Notes under the pieces: generated by a model | Databases searched by the model: none | The model's input: only the letters and a program-made list of their open reading frames with translations | Told to the model about the DNA's origin: nothing | From: Escherichia coli | GTDB taxonomy: Bacteria; Pseudomonadota; Gammaproteobacteria; Enterobacterales; Enterobacteriaceae | DNA length: 64,000 nucleotides | Strand: one strand, 5' to 3' | Assembly (NCBI RefSeq): GCF_044324785.1 | Contig: NZ_CP172127.1 | Part shown: one piece after another, positions 48,416-62,695 of the stretch | Position numbering within the stretch: the stretch's first letter is position 1 | How the letters are laid out: the number at the start of each line of letters is the position of its first letter | Program-made: the position numbers and the translations under genes

Positions 48416-50086
48416 ATGTCAGTAAGCGCATTTAACCGACGCTGGGCGGCGGTCATTCTGGAAGCATTAACGCGTCACGGCGTCAGACACATCTGTATCG
48501 CCCCTGGCTCGCGTTCTACACCGTTAACGTTAGCGGCGGCGGAGAATTCCGCATTCATTCACCACACCCATTTCGATGAGCGTGGACTGGGGCATCTGGC
48601 GTTGGGGCTGGCGAAAGTCAGCAAGCAGCCGGTGGCGGTGATTGTGACCTCCGGCACGGCGGTAGCAAATCTCTATCCGGCACTGATTGAAGCCGGGTTA
48701 ACCGGAGAAAAACTGATCCTGTTAACCGCCGATCGCCCGCCGGAGCTGATTGACTGCGGCGCGAATCAGGCGATTCGTCAGCCGGGAATGTTCGCCTCTC
48801 ACCCCACGCACAGTATTTCACTGCCGCGCCCGACCCAGGATATCCCCGCACGTTGGCTGGTTTCTACCATCGACCACGCTCTCGGTACGCTTCATGCTGG
48901 TGGAGTCCATATCAACTGCCCGTTTGCTGAACCGCTGTATGGCGAAATGGACGACACCGGGCTTAGCTGGCAACAGCGGCTGGGCGACTGGTGGCAGGAC
49001 GACAAACCGTGGCTGCGTGAAGCGCCTCGTCTGGAAAGTGAAAAACAGCGCGACTGGTTCTTCTGGCGGCAAAAGCGCGGCGTGGTGGTTGCCGGGCGCA
49101 TGAGTGCGGAAGAGGGCAAAAAAGTTGCACTGTGGGCGCAAACTCTTGGCTGGCCGCTGATTGGCGACGTGCTGTCGCAAACCGGACAGCCGCTGCCGTG
49201 TGCCGATCTCTGGTTAGGCAATGCCAAAGCGACCAGCGAACTGCAACAGGCGCAAATTGTGGTGCAACTGGGAAGCAGCCTGACGGGCAAACGGCTCCTG
49301 CAATGGCAGGCAAGCTGTGAACCCGAAGAGTACTGGATTGTTGATGACATTGAAGGGCGACTTGATCCGGCACACCATCGCGGACGTCGCTTAATTGCCA
49401 ATATTGCCGACTGGCTGGAGCAACATCCGGCAGAAAAACGCCAGCCCTGGTGCGTTGAAATCCCGCGCCTGGCGGAACAGGCAATGCAGGCGGTTATTGC
49501 CCGTCGCGATGCGTTTGGCGAAGCGCAACTGGCGCATCGCATCAGCGACTATCTGCCTGAACAGGGTCAATTGTTTGTTGGTAACAGCCTGGTGGTACGT
49601 CTGATTGATGCGCTTTCGCAACTTCCGGCAGGTTACCCGGTGTACAGCAACCGTGGTGCCAGCGGTATCGACGGGCTGCTCTCGACCGCCGCTGGCGTTC
49701 AGCGGGCCAGTGGCAAACCGACGCTGGCGATTGTGGGCGATCTCTCAGCACTTTACGATCTCAACGCGCTGGCGTTATTACGTCAGGTTTCCGCGCCGCT
49801 GGTATTAATTGTGGTGAACAACAATGGCGGGCAAATTTTCTCGCTGTTGCCAACGCCGAAAAACGAGCGCGAGCGTTTCTATCTGATGCCGCAAAACGTC
49901 CATTTTGAGCACGCCGCCGCGATGTTCGAGCTGAAATATCATCGTCCGCAAAACTGGCAGGAACTTGAAACGGCACTTGCCGACGCCTGGCGCACGCCGA
50001 CCACCACGGTAATTGAAATGGTGGTTAACGACACCGATGGTGCGCAAACCCTCCAGCAACTGCTGGCGCAGGTAAGCCAATTATGA
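48416..50086 (+). CDS. menD: SEPHCHC synthase (thiamine diphosphate-dependent)
   Basis: 556 aa from ATG at 48416 ([34 protein letters not shown]); the 673-aa track ORF is an in-frame upstream extension overlapping menF. Confidence 0.93.
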   Translation: MSVSAFNRRWAAVILEALTRHGVRHICIAPGSRSTPLTLAAAENSAFIHHTHFDERGLGHLALGLAKVSKQPVAVIVTSGTAVANLYPALIEAGLTGEKLILLTADRPPELIDCGANQAIRQPGMFASHPTHSISLPRPTQDIPARWLVSTIDHALGTLHAGGVHINCPFAEPLYGEMDDTGLSWQQRLGDWWQDDKPWLREAPRLESEKQRDWFFWRQKRGVVVAGRMSAEEGKKVALWAQTLGWPLIGDVLSQTGQPLPCADLWLGNAKATSELQQAQIVVQLGSSLTGKRLLQWQASCEPEEYWIVDDIEGRLDPAHHRGRRLIANIADWLEQHPAEKRQPWCVEIPRLAEQAMQAVIARRDAFGEAQLAHRISDYLPEQGQLFVGNSLVVRLIDALSQLPAGYPVYSNRGASGIDGLLSTAAGVQRASGKPTLAIVGDLSALYDLNALALLRQVSAPLVLIVVNNNGGQIFSLLPTPKNERERFYLMPQNVHFEHAAAMFELKYHRPQNWQELETALADAWRTPTTTVIEMVVNDTDGAQTLQQLLAQVSQL

Positions 50087-50841
50087 TCCTGCACGCGCAG
50101 GCAAAACACGGTAAACCAGGTTTACCCTGGCTGGTGTTTTTGCACGGTTTTTCCGGCGATTGCCATGAATGGCAAGAAGTGGGCGAGGCGTTTGCCGACT
50201 ACTCACGGTTGTATGTTGATCTCCCAGGTCACGGTGGTTCGGCGGCGATTCGCGTCGATGGATTTGATGATGTCACCGGCTTACTGCGCAAAACTCTGGT
50301 TAGTTACAACATCCTTAACTTCTGGCTGGTGGGGTACTCGCTTGGCGGACGGGTGGCGATGATGGCGGCTTGCCAGGAGCTGGCGGGGCTTTGTGGAGTT
50401 GTTGTCGAAGGCGGGCATCCTGGGTTGCAAAATGCTGAACAACGCACGGAACGTCAGCGTTCCGATCGCCAATGGGCGCAGCGTTTTCGCACAGAACCGT
50501 TAACGGCGGTATTTGCCGACTGGTATCAACAGCCTGTTTTTGCCTCGCTCAATGACGATCAACGCCGGGAGCTGGTGGCGCTGCGCAGCAACAATAATGG
50601 CGCAACTCTTGCCGCGATGCTGGAGGCGACTTCTCTCGCCGTTCAGCCTGATTTACGTGCTAACCTTAGCGCCCGCACATTTGCGTTTTATTATTTATGT
50701 GGTGAACGTGACAGCAAATTCCGCGCCCTGGCGGCGGAACTGGCTGCCGAATGCCATGTCATTCCTCGCGCCGGACATAACGCGCATCGGGAAAATCCCG
50801 CTGGCGTAATCGCAAGTCTGGCGCAGATCTTGCGTTTCTGA
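50083..50841 (+). CDS. menH: SHCHC synthase (alpha/beta hydrolase)
   Basis: 252 aa; nucleophile elbow GYSLGG; 4-nt overlap with menD. Confidence 0.92.
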   Translation: MILHAQAKHGKPGLPWLVFLHGFSGDCHEWQEVGEAFADYSRLYVDLPGHGGSAAIRVDGFDDVTGLLRKTLVSYNILNFWLVGYSLGGRVAMMAACQELAGLCGVVVEGGHPGLQNAEQRTERQRSDRQWAQRFRTEPLTAVFADWYQQPVFASLNDDQRRELVALRSNNNGATLAAMLEATSLAVQPDLRANLSARTFAFYYLCGERDSKFRALAAELAAECHVIPRAGHNAHRENPAGVIASLAQILRF

Positions 50842-50855
50842 CTAAAGGACACAAT

Positions 50856-51713
50856 ATGATTTATCCTGATGAAGCAATGCTTTACGCACCGGTTGAATGG
50901 CACGACTGCTCCGAAGGTTTCGAGGACATTCGTTATGAAAAATCTGCCGACGGTATCGCAAAAATCACCATTAATCGTCCGCAGGTGCGCAATGCCTTCC
51001 GTCCTCTGACGGTAAAAGAGATGATCCAGGCACTGGCAGATGCGCGTTATGACGACAACATCGGCGTGATCATTCTGACTGGCGCAGGCGATAAAGCGTT
51101 CTGCTCCGGTGGTGACCAGAAAGTGCGTGGTGATTACGGCGGCTATAAAGATGATTCCGGCGTACATCACCTGAACGTGCTGGACTTCCAGCGTCAGATC
51201 CGTACCTGTCCGAAACCGGTTGTCGCGATGGTGGCTGGCTACTCCATCGGCGGCGGTCACGTTCTGCACATGATGTGCGACCTGACTATCGCGGCTGATA
51301 ATGCCATCTTCGGCCAGACTGGCCCGAAAGTCGGTTCCTTCGACGGCGGCTGGGGCGCTTCCTACATGGCTCGCATCGTCGGACAGAAAAAAGCGCGTGA
51401 AATCTGGTTCCTGTGCCGTCAGTACGACGCGAAACAGGCGCTGGATATGGGCCTTGTCAACACCGTGGTACCGCTGGCGGATCTGGAAAAAGAAACCGTC
51501 CGCTGGTGCCGCGAAATGCTGCAAAACAGCCCGATGGCGCTGCGTTGCCTGAAAGCTGCGCTGAACGCCGACTGTGACGGTCAGGCAGGTCTGCAGGAGC
51601 TGGCAGGTAACGCCACCATGCTGTTCTATATGACGGAAGAAGGTCAGGAAGGTCGCAACGCTTTCAACCAGAAACGTCAGCCTGATTTCAGCAAATTTAA
51701 ACGGAATCCGTAA
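50856..51713 (+). CDS. menB: 1,4-dihydroxy-2-naphthoyl-CoA synthase (crotonase fold)
   Basis: 285 aa starting [42 protein letters not shown]. Confidence 0.96.
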   Translation: MIYPDEAMLYAPVEWHDCSEGFEDIRYEKSADGIAKITINRPQVRNAFRPLTVKEMIQALADARYDDNIGVIILTGAGDKAFCSGGDQKVRGDYGGYKDDSGVHHLNVLDFQRQIRTCPKPVVAMVAGYSIGGGHVLHMMCDLTIAADNAIFGQTGPKVGSFDGGWGASYMARIVGQKKAREIWFLCRQYDAKQALDMGLVNTVVPLADLEKETVRWCREMLQNSPMALRCLKAALNADCDGQAGLQELAGNATMLFYMTEEGQEGRNAFNQKRQPDFSKFKRNP

Positions 51714-52675
51714 TGCGTAGCGCGCAGGTATACCGCTGGCAGATCCCCATGGACGCGGGGGTGGTTCTGCGCGACAGGCGGTTAAAAACCCGCGACGGGC
51801 TGTATGTTTGCCTGCGTGAGGGCGAGCGCGAAGGGTGGGGGGAGATCTCCCCACTACCGGGCTTCAGCCAGGAAACCTGGGAAGAGGCACAAAGCGTGCT
51901 GCTTGCCTGGGTAAATAACTGGCTGGCAGGTGATAGCGAGCTACCGCAAATGCCTTCCGTCGCCTTTGGCGTAAGCTGTGCATTGGCGGAGCTGGCAGGC
52001 ACGCTCCCGCAGGCAGCCAACTACCGTGCTGCGCCGCTGTGTAATGGCGATCCTGACGATCTGATCCTCAAACTTGCCGATATGCCTGGCGAGAAAGTGG
52101 CGAAGGTCAAAGTGGGATTGTACGAAGCCGTGCGCGACGGCATGGTGGTCAATCTGTTGCTGGAGGCAATTCCGGATCTGCATTTGCGTCTTGACGCAAA
52201 TCGCGCCTGGACACAGCTGAAAGGCCAGCAGTTTGCCAAATACGTTAACCCGGATTATCGCGACCGCATCGCGTTTCTCGAAGAGCCGTGCAAAACCCGC
52301 GATGATTCCCGTGCGTTTGCCCGTGAAACCGGCATTGCCATTGCCTGGGATGAAAGCCTGCGCGAGCCGGATTTTGCCTTTGTGGCTGAAGAGGGCGTGC
52401 GCGCGGTAGTTATCAAACCTACGCTCACGGGCAGCCTGGAGAAAGTACGTGAGCAGGTGCAGGCGGCGCACGCGTTGGGGCTGACGGCGGTGATCAGTTC
52501 TTCTATTGAGTCGAGCTTAGGCTTAACGCAACTGGCGCGGATTGCCGCCTGGTTAACACCAGAGACTATTCCAGGGCTGGACACGCTGGATCTGATGCAG
52601 GCGCAGCAGGTTCGTCGCTGGCCGGGGAGCCCGCTGCCGTTAGTGGAAGTTGATGCACTGGAGCGGCTGTTATGA
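51713..52675 (+). CDS. menC: o-succinylbenzoate synthase (enolase superfamily)
   Basis: 320 aa starting [32 protein letters not shown]. Confidence 0.94.
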   Translation: MRSAQVYRWQIPMDAGVVLRDRRLKTRDGLYVCLREGEREGWGEISPLPGFSQETWEEAQSVLLAWVNNWLAGDSELPQMPSVAFGVSCALAELAGTLPQAANYRAAPLCNGDPDDLILKLADMPGEKVAKVKVGLYEAVRDGMVVNLLLEAIPDLHLRLDANRAWTQLKGQQFAKYVNPDYRDRIAFLEEPCKTRDDSRAFARETGIAIAWDESLREPDFAFVAEEGVRAVVIKPTLTGSLEKVREQVQAAHALGLTAVISSSIESSLGLTQLARIAAWLTPETIPGLDTLDLMQAQQVRRWPGSPLPLVEVDALERLL

Positions 52676-54027
52676 TCTTCTCTGACTGGCCGTGGCGTCA
52701 CTGGCGGCAAGTGCGGGGAGAAGCCATCGCCTTACGTCTTAATGACGAGCAACTCAACTGGCGCGAGCTTTGTGCTCGCGTCGATGAATTAGCCTCCGGC
52801 TTTGCGGTGCAGGGTGTGGTTGCGGGCAGCGGCGTAATGTTGCGGGCGTGGAATTCGCCGCAAACGCTGCTGGCCTGGCTGGCGTTACTGCAATGCGGGG
52901 CGCGGGTGCTGCCCGTGAATCCACAGCTGCCGCAACCGTTACTTGAGGAATTGCTCCCCAATCTTACGCTGCAATTTGCGCTGGTGCCGGATGGGGAAAA
53001 CACGTTTCCGGCATTAACTTCGCTGCACATTCAGCTGGTTGAAGGCGCACATGCCGCTGCGTGGCAGCCGACGCGTCTGTGCTCAATGACGTTAACCTCT
53101 GGCTCCACTGGCTTGCCGAAAGCCGCTGTTCATACTTACCAGGCCCATCTTGCCAGCGCTGAAGGGGTGTTATCGCTAATTCCGTTTAGCGATCACGATG
53201 ACTGGTTGCTCTCTTTGCCGCTGTTTCACGTCTCCGGTCAGGGAATTCTGTGGCGCTGGTTATACGCTGGCGCGCGGATGACGGTACGTGATAAACAGCC
53301 ATTGGAGCAAATGCTGGCAGGCTGTACTCACGCTTCACTGGTGCCAACACAACTCTGGCGTTTGCTGGTTAACCGCAGTTCCGTTTCCCTGAAAGCGGTG
53401 TTACTTGGTGGTGCGGCAATTCCGGTCGAGTTGACGGAACAGGCGCGCGAGCAGGGGATTCGTTGCTTTTGCGGCTATGGTCTGACCGAGTTTGCCTCCA
53501 CAGTGTGTGCGAAAGAAGCCGACGGTCTGGCAGACGTCGGTTCGCCGCTGCCGGGTCGGGAAGTGAAAATCGTAAACGACGAAGTGTGGCTGCGGGCTGC
53601 CAGCATGGCAGAAGGTTACTGGCGTAACGGGCAACTGGTTCCACTGGTTAATGACGAAGGCTGGTACGCCACGCGCGATCGCGGTGAGATGCATAATGGC
53701 AAGCTGACCATTGTCGGACGTTTAGACAATCTGTTCTTCAGTGGTGGCGAAGGCATTCAGCCAGAAGAAGTCGAGCGCGTTATTGCTGCACATCCTGCGG
53801 TTTTGCAGGTGTTTATCGTTCCCGTTGCTGACAAGGAGTTTGGTCATCGACCGGTAGCGGTGGTGGAGTATGACCAGCAAACCGTTGATCTTGGCGAATG
53901 GGTGAAAGATAAGCTGGCCCGTTTTCAACAACCGGTGCGTTGGCTGACGCTTCCACCTGAACTGAAAAACGGTGGTATTAAAATTTCACGTCAGGCGCTA
54001 AAAGAGTGGGTGCAACGCCAGCAATAA
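52672..54027 (+). CDS. menE: o-succinylbenzoate-CoA ligase (ANL adenylating enzyme)
   Basis: 451 aa; AMP-binding motif [10 protein letters not shown]; 4-nt overlap with menC. Confidence 0.94.
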   Translation: MIFSDWPWRHWRQVRGEAIALRLNDEQLNWRELCARVDELASGFAVQGVVAGSGVMLRAWNSPQTLLAWLALLQCGARVLPVNPQLPQPLLEELLPNLTLQFALVPDGENTFPALTSLHIQLVEGAHAAAWQPTRLCSMTLTSGSTGLPKAAVHTYQAHLASAEGVLSLIPFSDHDDWLLSLPLFHVSGQGILWRWLYAGARMTVRDKQPLEQMLAGCTHASLVPTQLWRLLVNRSSVSLKAVLLGGAAIPVELTEQAREQGIRCFCGYGLTEFASTVCAKEADGLADVGSPLPGREVKIVNDEVWLRAASMAEGYWRNGQLVPLVNDEGWYATRDRGEMHNGKLTIVGRLDNLFFSGGEGIQPEEVERVIAAHPAVLQVFIVPVADKEFGHRPVAVVEYDQQTVDLGEWVKDKLARFQQPVRWLTLPPELKNGGIKISRQALKEWVQRQQ

Positions 54028-54136
54028 TTAACCATCCGTTTCACTTCTCATTTCTGCCATTCCATTGCCGTTGATAAAGAGTTTATCTGTTAATCTGTAA
54101 ATTGATGTGAAAACTCTTAGCAAACAGGATAATGCA

Positions 54137-54403
54137 ATGGAATGGCTGGTCAAAAAATCGTGCTGCGATAAACAAGATAACAGACATGTACTTATGCTCT
54201 GCGATGCTGGCGGCGCGATAAAAATGATCGCCGAAGTGAAGAGTGACTTCGCCGTGAAAGTGGGCGATTTACTCTCCCCTTTGCAGAATGCGCTTTACTG
54301 TATTAATCGTGAAAAGCTGCACACGGTGAAAGTCCTCTCGGCAAGCAGTTACAGCCCCGATGAGTGGGAACGGCAGTGTAAAGCGGCAGGGAACACTCAG
54401 TAA
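54137..54403 (+). CDS. pmrD: signal transduction protein PmrD
   Basis: 88 aa from ATG at 54137 ([30 protein letters not shown]); AGGA Shine-Dalgarno at 54126-54129. Confidence 0.9.
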   Translation: MEWLVKKSCCDKQDNRHVLMLCDAGGAIKMIAEVKSDFAVKVGDLLSPLQNALYCINREKLHTVKVLSASSYSPDEWERQCKAAGNTQ

Positions 54404-54783
54404 CGTTGTTTTGTCGTGGGCAGGAAAATCAACATCAACCCGCTCATAATACAAGCAACTCCCAGTAGTGCCTTCAGCGAAAAAGTTCCTTCCCAGCCGG
54501 GAAGTATCATTGATGCAATCCATACCAGCACATAGCTCATACTGAGCAAGGCATAGGCTTTGCTTAACGCAAGTTTATGTAGCGTTTTATACCAACAAAA
54601 AACGGAAAGCAGATAACCCAGCAGCCCGAGTAACAGTATCCGGGCATCCAGGCCAAAAGCTAACAGCGCCGCGATAAAATCCCATAAGTGCGTCATCGGC
54701 GGTAGATGACTCGCCGCATAACCCAGGCTTAATTGCGCAGCTGAGGCAATAATGACGCTGAATAATCCCCACATCAGGCCCAT
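54397..54783 (-). CDS. arnF: undecaprenyl phosphate-aminoarabinose flippase subunit ArnF
   Basis: 128 aa ([14 protein letters not shown]...TTKQRY), small multidrug-resistance-like membrane protein; the 222-aa track ORF is an upstream read-through. Confidence 0.9.
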   Translation of the reverse strand: MGLMWGLFSVIIASAAQLSLGYAASHLPPMTHLWDFIAALLAFGLDARILLLGLLGYLLSVFCWYKTLHKLALSKAYALLSMSYVLVWIASMILPGWEGTFSLKALLGVACIMSGLMLIFLPTTKQRY

Positions 54784-55118
54784 TACACCGTACTCCCGAG
54801 GATCACAATGCCGCCAATAATGAACGCCACCCCACACCAGTGACGCAGTGATACCGGCTCGTGCCACAGTTTTACTGCAGCCAGCGTCACCCAGACAAAA
54901 TTCAGACTTAACATCGGGTAGGCAATGCCTACCGGTACGTTCTGCAAGACCAGCAGCCAGAGCACCATGGCAAGGCCAAGACAAGCCAGCGCCAGTCCCA
55001 GCCACAGCACGATATGTTTGCGCCGTTTGTTTATCGCCACAAAGCAGGTTGCTTGTTTCTGACACAACTGCCCGGCAACGCTAAGCAAGCTGGCAAAGAC
55101 TAATGTTAGCCAGATCAT
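54783..55118 (-). CDS. arnE: undecaprenyl phosphate-aminoarabinose flippase subunit ArnE
   Basis: 111 aa starting [21 protein letters not shown]; 1-nt stop/start overlap with arnF. Confidence 0.92.
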   Translation of the reverse strand: MIWLTLVFASLLSVAGQLCQKQATCFVAINKRRKHIVLWLGLALACLGLAMVLWLLVLQNVPVGIAYPMLSLNFVWVTLAAVKLWHEPVSLRHWCGVAFIIGGIVILGSTV

Positions 55119-56767
55119 TTGGGCCGATACTGAATCAGCACCAGACGCTCCTGACGATCGATGGCATCTGCGGGCGGAATGGCGAGACTGTTGATATCTT
55201 CATCGCGGTCAACCGAAAGCACGAGTGTAATAATCCCCTCCTGACGATGTTGATTAAGCCAGTTTGCGAACTCATCACCGCTGACAAATCTCCCTTTCGC
55301 ATCCGGATAATTAAGGCCGTATTTCAACTCACCTGTCTGACGATACATGATGATGTCATCGCGTTGCAGGCTCCATGCCAGACCTGCGGCAACGCCCACG
55401 CTGTCAGTAAGAATATAGCGGCTTGGCTGCAGTGATTCTTGTGTCATCTCGACAAAAAATTGCGGATGTTTTCCTTCCAGGACTCTGTCAGGAATTGAAA
55501 ATCCTACCAGCAACGTCAGCCCCAGCGGGCAAAGCGCGGCAAAAGACCAGGTCTTTTCGACGTTTGTTAAGGTGTACCAGCCGAAAAATGCCCATAGCGA
55601 AAAAATCGACCAGGCACAGAAGACTTTATAGCTCTCGAAGGTTTGCCACACCGGCGTGTTCATTGGTCCCCAGGGGGAGACCACAAACGTAGCAATAATG
55701 CCAGTGACGCCAAAAGCGATGTTAATCCAGCCATTAATCCGCAACGCCAGAGGATTATTTTTTGCTGCCAGCAAAGCGTAATGCGCCATCAGCATTGCCA
55801 GAGGTGCAAAGCAGGAAAGAATATAGGTGGGCAATTTGCCTTTGGCGACGGAGAAAAACAGCAGCGGCATTACCGCCCAGCTCAATAAATAGACGGTTGC
55901 GGAATGCTTGCGGTTTTTCCAGCCTGTGTACAGTGCTCCGGGGAGTAATCCCAGCCACGGCAGGCTACCGGCAATGATGACCGGCAAGTAGTACCAGAAC
56001 GGAGCTCTATGCTGAGCATCATCCATTGCAAAGCGTTGAATATGCTCAACCCAGAAAAAATAGTGCCAGAAGTCAGGCTCCCGCTGCGCTATCGCCAGTC
56101 CCCAGGGGAGAACCGTCAGTACGCAACTGATAACCGCCAGCCAGCCGTAAATAAAGAGATCTTTCCAGCGTTTTTGCGTCGCCACCCATGGAAGCACGCT
56201 TAATACCGGCACGGCAAGGGCGAGAAAACCTTTGGTCATCACCCCCATGCCGCAGGTGATTCCCAGCAGTAAAAATCCGGCGCTTTTGCCTTTCCACGTC
56301 TGTGCCTGCATTGCCAGCCAGAAGCTGCACATTCCCGCCACCAGCCAGAATGCAATAAACGGATCGAGCACGGCATAAGTGCCGATGGCATAGACAATAA
56401 ACAATGAGAGATAAATTACTGTGGCGAGTAGAGCCAGACGTTTATCGCGCCATAAGCGCAGAGTAAACCAGGTCACCAGCGCGGCAGTTAACAGGGTCGC
56501 AAAGATAACGCCTGCCCGCACACCAAAGTTATTCGCGCCAAATAGCCATTGCCCAATGCTGTTAATCCAGTATCCGGCAATGGGTTTTTCGAAATAACGT
56601 AGCCCTAACAGATGGGGCACAATCCAGTCGCCGGATGCCAGCATTTCTCGACTGATTTCCGCATAACGCGTTTCATCGGGTTGCCATAGCAGACGTGTGC
56701 TGATCGGTAACAGGTAATAGCAGGCAATAAACGCGAAGAGGCCGATAAGGTAACGTACCGATTTCAT
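55115..56767 (-). CDS. arnT: undecaprenyl phosphate-alpha-L-Ara4N transferase (lipid A modification)
   Basis: 550 aa polytopic glycosyltransferase starting [42 protein letters not shown]. Confidence 0.95.
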   Translation of the reverse strand: MKSVRYLIGLFAFIACYYLLPISTRLLWQPDETRYAEISREMLASGDWIVPHLLGLRYFEKPIAGYWINSIGQWLFGANNFGVRAGVIFATLLTAALVTWFTLRLWRDKRLALLATVIYLSLFIVYAIGTYAVLDPFIAFWLVAGMCSFWLAMQAQTWKGKSAGFLLLGITCGMGVMTKGFLALAVPVLSVLPWVATQKRWKDLFIYGWLAVISCVLTVLPWGLAIAQREPDFWHYFFWVEHIQRFAMDDAQHRAPFWYYLPVIIAGSLPWLGLLPGALYTGWKNRKHSATVYLLSWAVMPLLFFSVAKGKLPTYILSCFAPLAMLMAHYALLAAKNNPLALRINGWINIAFGVTGIIATFVVSPWGPMNTPVWQTFESYKVFCAWSIFSLWAFFGWYTLTNVEKTWSFAALCPLGLTLLVGFSIPDRVLEGKHPQFFVEMTQESLQPSRYILTDSVGVAAGLAWSLQRDDIIMYRQTGELKYGLNYPDAKGRFVSGDEFANWLNQHRQEGIITLVLSVDRDEDINSLAIPPADAIDRQERLVLIQYRPK

Positions 56768-57657
56768 CAGCGACTACCCGCAATTTGTTGGCAACCCAGC
56801 CAGCCTTCACGTCCGGCAATATTTCCGCGAACAACTTGCCCGAGCGGCAACGTCCCTGATAACAGTTCGCTTAAAGGGCAAAATGTCACGCCTTCCTGGG
56901 CTGCGCGTTTCAGGAGATCCACAAAATTATGCTGATAAGCGCAGCCTTCAACTTCTGCATGAATGGTATAAACCGGCGTGCCTTTATCTCGCAGGATGCG
57001 GTTGAGTAACCAACCGTTAAAATCTTCTGCTTTCACATCCCGACCAATCACTTCATCCCAGGTGGGTAAGGTCACCGGAATTTGCGCAGTGCCAGGGTTT
57101 CCTGATTCGAGCAGTGGACGAAACGGCATGGCCCCACGACAATCGCTGTTGTAGCGCAAATGGAACGCTTCTTTTGCTTCGATCACCTGCTGGTCGGCAC
57201 GCCAGCCAGCGGCTGCGGAGCAGGTTACCGGTTGGCCGATAATTTCTTCCAGGGTGCGAAGGCCGCGTGCGATATCGTCGACCATTGTTTGCCGATCCCA
57301 GTTACTGCTATGGGCTTGCCAGGCATGGTGATCCCAGGCGTGCAGGCCGACTTCGTGGTGTTTAGCCGCTTCACGAATGATATCGGCATTGGCATGACCA
57401 ATCTCTTTACCTGGCCAGGCCGTACCTGCCAATAAAATATCCCAGCCATAAAGCGATGCTGCGTTTGAGCGCAGCATCTTCCACAAAAACTGTGGCTTCA
57501 CCAGTCGCCAGAGATGGCGGCCCATATTGTCCGGGCCGACGCTGAAAAAAATGCTGGCCTGAATATTATGCTTACTCAAGATTTCCAGCAGACGCGGCAC
57601 GCCTTCACGGGTGCCACGAAAGGTATCGACATCAATGCGTAAGCCTACTTTGGTCAT
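56767..57657 (-). CDS. arnD: 4-deoxy-4-formamido-L-arabinose-phosphoundecaprenol deformylase
   Basis: 296 aa polysaccharide deacetylase-like starting [21 protein letters not shown]. Confidence 0.94.
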   Translation of the reverse strand: MTKVGLRIDVDTFRGTREGVPRLLEILSKHNIQASIFFSVGPDNMGRHLWRLVKPQFLWKMLRSNAASLYGWDILLAGTAWPGKEIGHANADIIREAAKHHEVGLHAWDHHAWQAHSSNWDRQTMVDDIARGLRTLEEIIGQPVTCSAAAGWRADQQVIEAKEAFHLRYNSDCRGAMPFRPLLESGNPGTAQIPVTLPTWDEVIGRDVKAEDFNGWLLNRILRDKGTPVYTIHAEVEGCAYQHNFVDLLKRAAQEGVTFCPLSELLSGTLPLGQVVRGNIAGREGWLGCQQIAGSR

Positions 57658-59635
57658 GATGGTTTATCCGTAAGCTCGACGGTGCGCAAGAAGAAATCCA
57701 GCGTTTCGTCGATGGTTTCCTGCATATCAATTTTCGGCTCCCAGTCCAGGCAGCGGCGGGCATTGCGGATGCTTGGTTTACGATGCTCTACGTCCTGATA
57801 TCCTTTGCCGTAGTAGCTGCTACTTTCGACAACGCGAAAGCCCGCAAACGGTGGGAAGTGATGGCGCAGCGGATGTTTTTCGAAACTCGCCAGCAGCATC
57901 TCGCCCAGTTCCTCAATGCTCGCTTCGTTCTCAGGATTGCCAATGTTGATAATTTCGCCGTCGCAGCGATTTCCCGCATTTTCGATAATGCGGTACAACG
58001 CCTCGATACCATCGCGAATATCAGTAAAGCAGCGTTTTTGTTTTCCGCCATCAATTAGCTTAATTGGTGAACCTTCTACCAGATTGAGAATGAGTTGCGT
58101 AATAGCGCGGGAGCTGCCGATTCGTGCTGCATTAAGGTTATCCAGTCGTGGTCCCATCCAGTTAAACGGCCGGAAGAGGGTGAACTGTAAACCCTCTTTT
58201 TCGCCATAGGCCCAGATCACCCGATCAAGTAATTGTTTTGACACCGAATAAATCCAGCGTGGTTTATTCACCGGGCCGACGATTAAATTAGAATGGTCCT
58301 CATCGAAGTATTTATCGCTACACATCCCATAAACTTCTGAAGTTGACGGGAAGATGATTCGCTTACGGTACTTCACGCAGTAGCGGATAATGCGCAGATT
58401 CTCTTCAAAATCGAGTTCAAATACGCGCAACGGGTTGCGGGTATATTCAATCGGCGTGGCTATCGCCACCAGCGGCAAGACGACATCACATTTTTTGACG
58501 TGATACTCAATCCATTCGGAATGAATACTGATATCGCCTTCGACAAAGTGAAAATGCGGATGATTCAGAAAACGGCTTATCGCATCGCTGCCAATATCCA
58601 GACCGTAAACTTCATAATGATCTTCGCGCAGCAGGCGTTCTGTCAGATGGTTGCCAATAAAGCCATTCACCCCGAGGATGAGTACCCGGGTACGGCGTCG
58701 GGCGGTGCAGGCAGGCTGGCTATTCAAGCGTGAACCTTGCACCAGGCCCAGCGTCTGCGCTAACTGCGAGCCCTGCATAGTAATGCCGTCGCCCGCCTGT
58801 CCGGTGACGATTTCCAGCGCGCCATCGCCACAGGCAATCAGCAGTGGTGCAACAGAAATCACGCTCCCCGGCTGTGCTTTGCTGGCATGAGGATGAACAC
58901 GCGACGACCAGACGGTGAATTTCTGATTGCCAACATAGCTGAAGGCACCCGGCCACGGATCGGCAACGGCACGCACCATGTTGTGCAGTACGGATGCCGG
59001 CTTATGCCATTCGAGGAAACTGTCTTCCGGTGTTCTGCGACCAAAACAGGTGGCTTCGTTTTCGCGCTGGGCGATTTCCAGAATATTACCGTGTTTAATG
59101 GCGGGTAATGTCTGCTCCAATAGCTGGCGCGCGGCATGGCACAATTTATGATGCAGCGTAATGGCGATATCGTCTGGCGCAATGGCAACGCGCAGTTGTG
59201 CCACAATGGCCCCGGCATCGGCACGTTTCACCATTCGGTGCAATGTAACGCCAGTTTCCGTTTCACCGTTCACCAGCACCCAGTTCAGCGGCGCGCGACC
59301 ACGATATTTTGGTAACAGCGAACCATGCAGATTAAATGCACCTCTCGGAGCGAGCTGCAAAATCTCATCGCAAATAAGATGGCGATAATAAAAAGAGAAA
59401 ATCACCTCTGGTGATAGTTGGGCAATGCGTTCCACCCACAGCGGATGATTAACGTTATCCGGCGCATAAACTGGAATGCCTCTTTCCGCTGCCAGTCGGG
59501 CAACCGAACCATAAAAGGCTTTTTCACCGGGGTTATCAGTATGGGTAAAAATGGCGCTAATTTCGTAACCGGCAGACAGCAGGGCTTCAATACCGAGGCA
59601 TCCCATATCGTGGTAGGCAAAAACGACGGTTTTCA

Positions 59636-59636
<1 letters not shown>
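57654..59636 (-). CDS. arnA: bifunctional UDP-glucuronate decarboxylase / UDP-Ara4N formyltransferase
   Basis: 660 aa; N-terminal formyltransferase half ([20 protein letters not shown]) fused to C-terminal SDR-type dehydrogenase half ([12 protein letters not shown]). Confidence 0.96.
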
Positions 59637-60607
<971 letters not shown>

Positions 60608-61765
60608 TTATTGTCCTGCGAGTTGCTGAAGGGCTGTGATGACGCGGTCGGCATCGGCGGTGGTCATATCCGGGAACAGCGGCAACGAACAGATGCGTTC
60701 GCTATTCCATTCGGTATTCGGTAACGACAGCGTGGGAAAACGCTCGCGATAATATTTTTGTGTGTGAGCGGCGCGGAAATGTAACCCGGTACCAATGCCT
60801 CTTTCTTTTAACGCTTCCATCAACGCATCGCGACTGATACCACAACGTTGTTCATCGACACGAATAATAAACAGATGCCAGGCGTGAACGTGCGGCCAGG
60901 CGGGAAGGCTTAATGGCTGAAAGGGGAGAGCTGCCAGTGCTTGCTGATATTGCTGGGCAATTTCGCGCCGACGGGTGTTGAGGTGCTCTAATTTGGCTAA
61001 CTGGGTCAGGGCAATCGCGGCGTTAATATCGGTCAGATTATACTTATAGCCCGGCGTTAAGACTTCAGCTTGCGGTGCACGGCCCCAGGTTTGTCTGTCA
61101 TAGGCATCGACACCCAGACCGTGAAATTTTAGCATCCGTAGCTGGCGGGCAAGGTTTTCATTATCAGTAACAATCAGGCCACCTTCCGCACAGGTAATAT
61201 TTTTGATGGCGTGAAACGAAAAAATAGCGGTACCTTTTGCGCCAATATGTCGGCCTTTGTAATACGTACCGACGGCATGGGCAGCATCTTCGATAACTGC
61301 GATGCCGTAACGTTCGCCAATGGCGCGAATGGCGTCAATATCTGCTGGCGCACCGGCATAATGCACCGGAATGATGGCTTTAGTGCGTGGCGTAATGGCT
61401 GACTCGATCGCTTCAGGCGTGACCATCAGCGTATCGCGGTCGACATCCACCATTACCGGCGTTGCACCCAACAAGGAGATCATATTGAGGGTTGAAACCC
61501 AGGTCAGGGAAGGCGTAATCACTTCATCGCCCTTGCCAATTTCCAACGCCATTAGCGTGATATGCATTCCGGCGGTGGCTGAACTGACCGCGATGGCATG
61601 CTGATTTCCCGTCAACTGGCAAAAGGCTTGTTCAAGCGCCTGATTCTTCGGACCGGTTGTGATCCAACCGGATTCGAGAACCTCTTTAACTGCAGCGAGT
61701 TCCTCCACGCCCATTGCTGGTCGCGAAAAAGGCAAAAATTCTGACATTGCTTTTCCTTCCGCCAT
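60608..61765 (-). CDS. arnB: UDP-4-amino-4-deoxy-L-arabinose--oxoglutarate aminotransferase
   Basis: Track ORF 60608..61780; start placed at [16 protein letters not shown] giving 385 aa; DegT/DnrJ/EryC1 PLP aminotransferase family. Confidence 0.93.
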
Positions 61766-61845
61766 TGAATACCTGTCCACTTATATTTGCTATAAAGAGT
61801 GTTGTGTATATTTTGCCATTTGGAGCAAAATTTTAAGGATAGAAT

Positions 61846-61862
61846 ATTAACTTAACCTTAAG
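61846..61862 (-). promoter_or_regulatory. PmrA (BasR) box in the divergent arnB-ais promoter region
   Basis: Minus-strand CTTAAG-GTTAA-GTTAAT fits the direct-repeat PmrA box pattern YTTAAK-N5-YTTAAK (first base of second half-site deviates), about 80 nt upstream of arnB. Confidence 0.55.
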
Positions 61863-62054
61863 AAACTAATATTAGACGTAAATATTGAAATTTTTATATT
61901 TTTTCTTATTTAGGCTTTGCATTTGGCAAAATTTTGAGGCATTTTGCCGGCATCGCAGGATTTTTAATATTACACCAACTGCTAATTATCGCCAGAAATG
62001 TCGCTCAATTTCACGGTAATTGTCTGGTTGCGCTTGTCTATAGGTGGAGTTTAC

Positions 62055-62657
62055 GTGTTAGCTTTTTGCCGCTCTTCGTTGAAGTCAAAAAAATATTTCA
62101 TCATTTTACTGGCGCTCGCTGCAATTGCCGGACTGGGTACTCATGCCGCCTGGAGTAGTAATGGTTTGCCACGTATCGACAATAAAACACTGGCCAGACT
62201 GGCACAGCAGCACACGGTTGTCGTTTTGTTTCGCCATGCTGAACGTTGCGATCGTTCAACCAATCAATGCTTGTCAGATAAAACAGGTATTACGGTCAAA
62301 GGTACCCAGGATGCCCGTGAACTGGGCAACGCTTTTAGCGCTGATATCTCTGATTTCGATCTTTATTCCAGTAATACCGTCCGGACCATTCAGTCGGCGA
62401 CCTGGTTTTCAGCGGGTAAAAAGCTGACGGTAGATAAACGACTTCTTCAATGCGGTAATGAGATTTATAGTGCAATTAAGGACTTACAAAGCAAAGCACC
62501 TGATAAAAATATCGTTATTTTTACCCATAATCATTGCCTGACATATATTGCTAAAGATAAGCGTGATGCGACATTTAAACCTGATTATCTGGATGGTTTA
62601 GTCATGCATGTGGAAAAAGGCAAAGTTTATCTGGATGGGGAATTCGTTAACCACTAA
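62055..62657 (+). CDS. ais: lipopolysaccharide core heptose(II)-phosphate phosphatase Ais (PmrG)
   Basis: GTG at 62055 gives 200 aa ([31 protein letters not shown]...); histidine phosphatase motif LFRHAERCD. Confidence 0.88.
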   Translation: MLAFCRSSLKSKKYFIILLALAAIAGLGTHAAWSSNGLPRIDNKTLARLAQQHTVVVLFRHAERCDRSTNQCLSDKTGITVKGTQDARELGNAFSADISDFDLYSSNTVRTIQSATWFSAGKKLTVDKRLLQCGNEIYSAIKDLQSKAPDKNIVIFTHNHCLTYIAKDKRDATFKPDYLDGLVMHVEKGKVYLDGEFVNH

Positions 62658-62695
62658 ATTTTCAATCTGACAGCCAGTAATGGCTGTCATCATTG

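Noticed and set aside
54784-55065. Upstream portion of a 222-aa minus-strand ORF ending with the ArnF sequence
   Set aside because: The extension overlaps arnE in a different frame; arnF starts at the ATG at 54781-54783, giving the expected 128 aa
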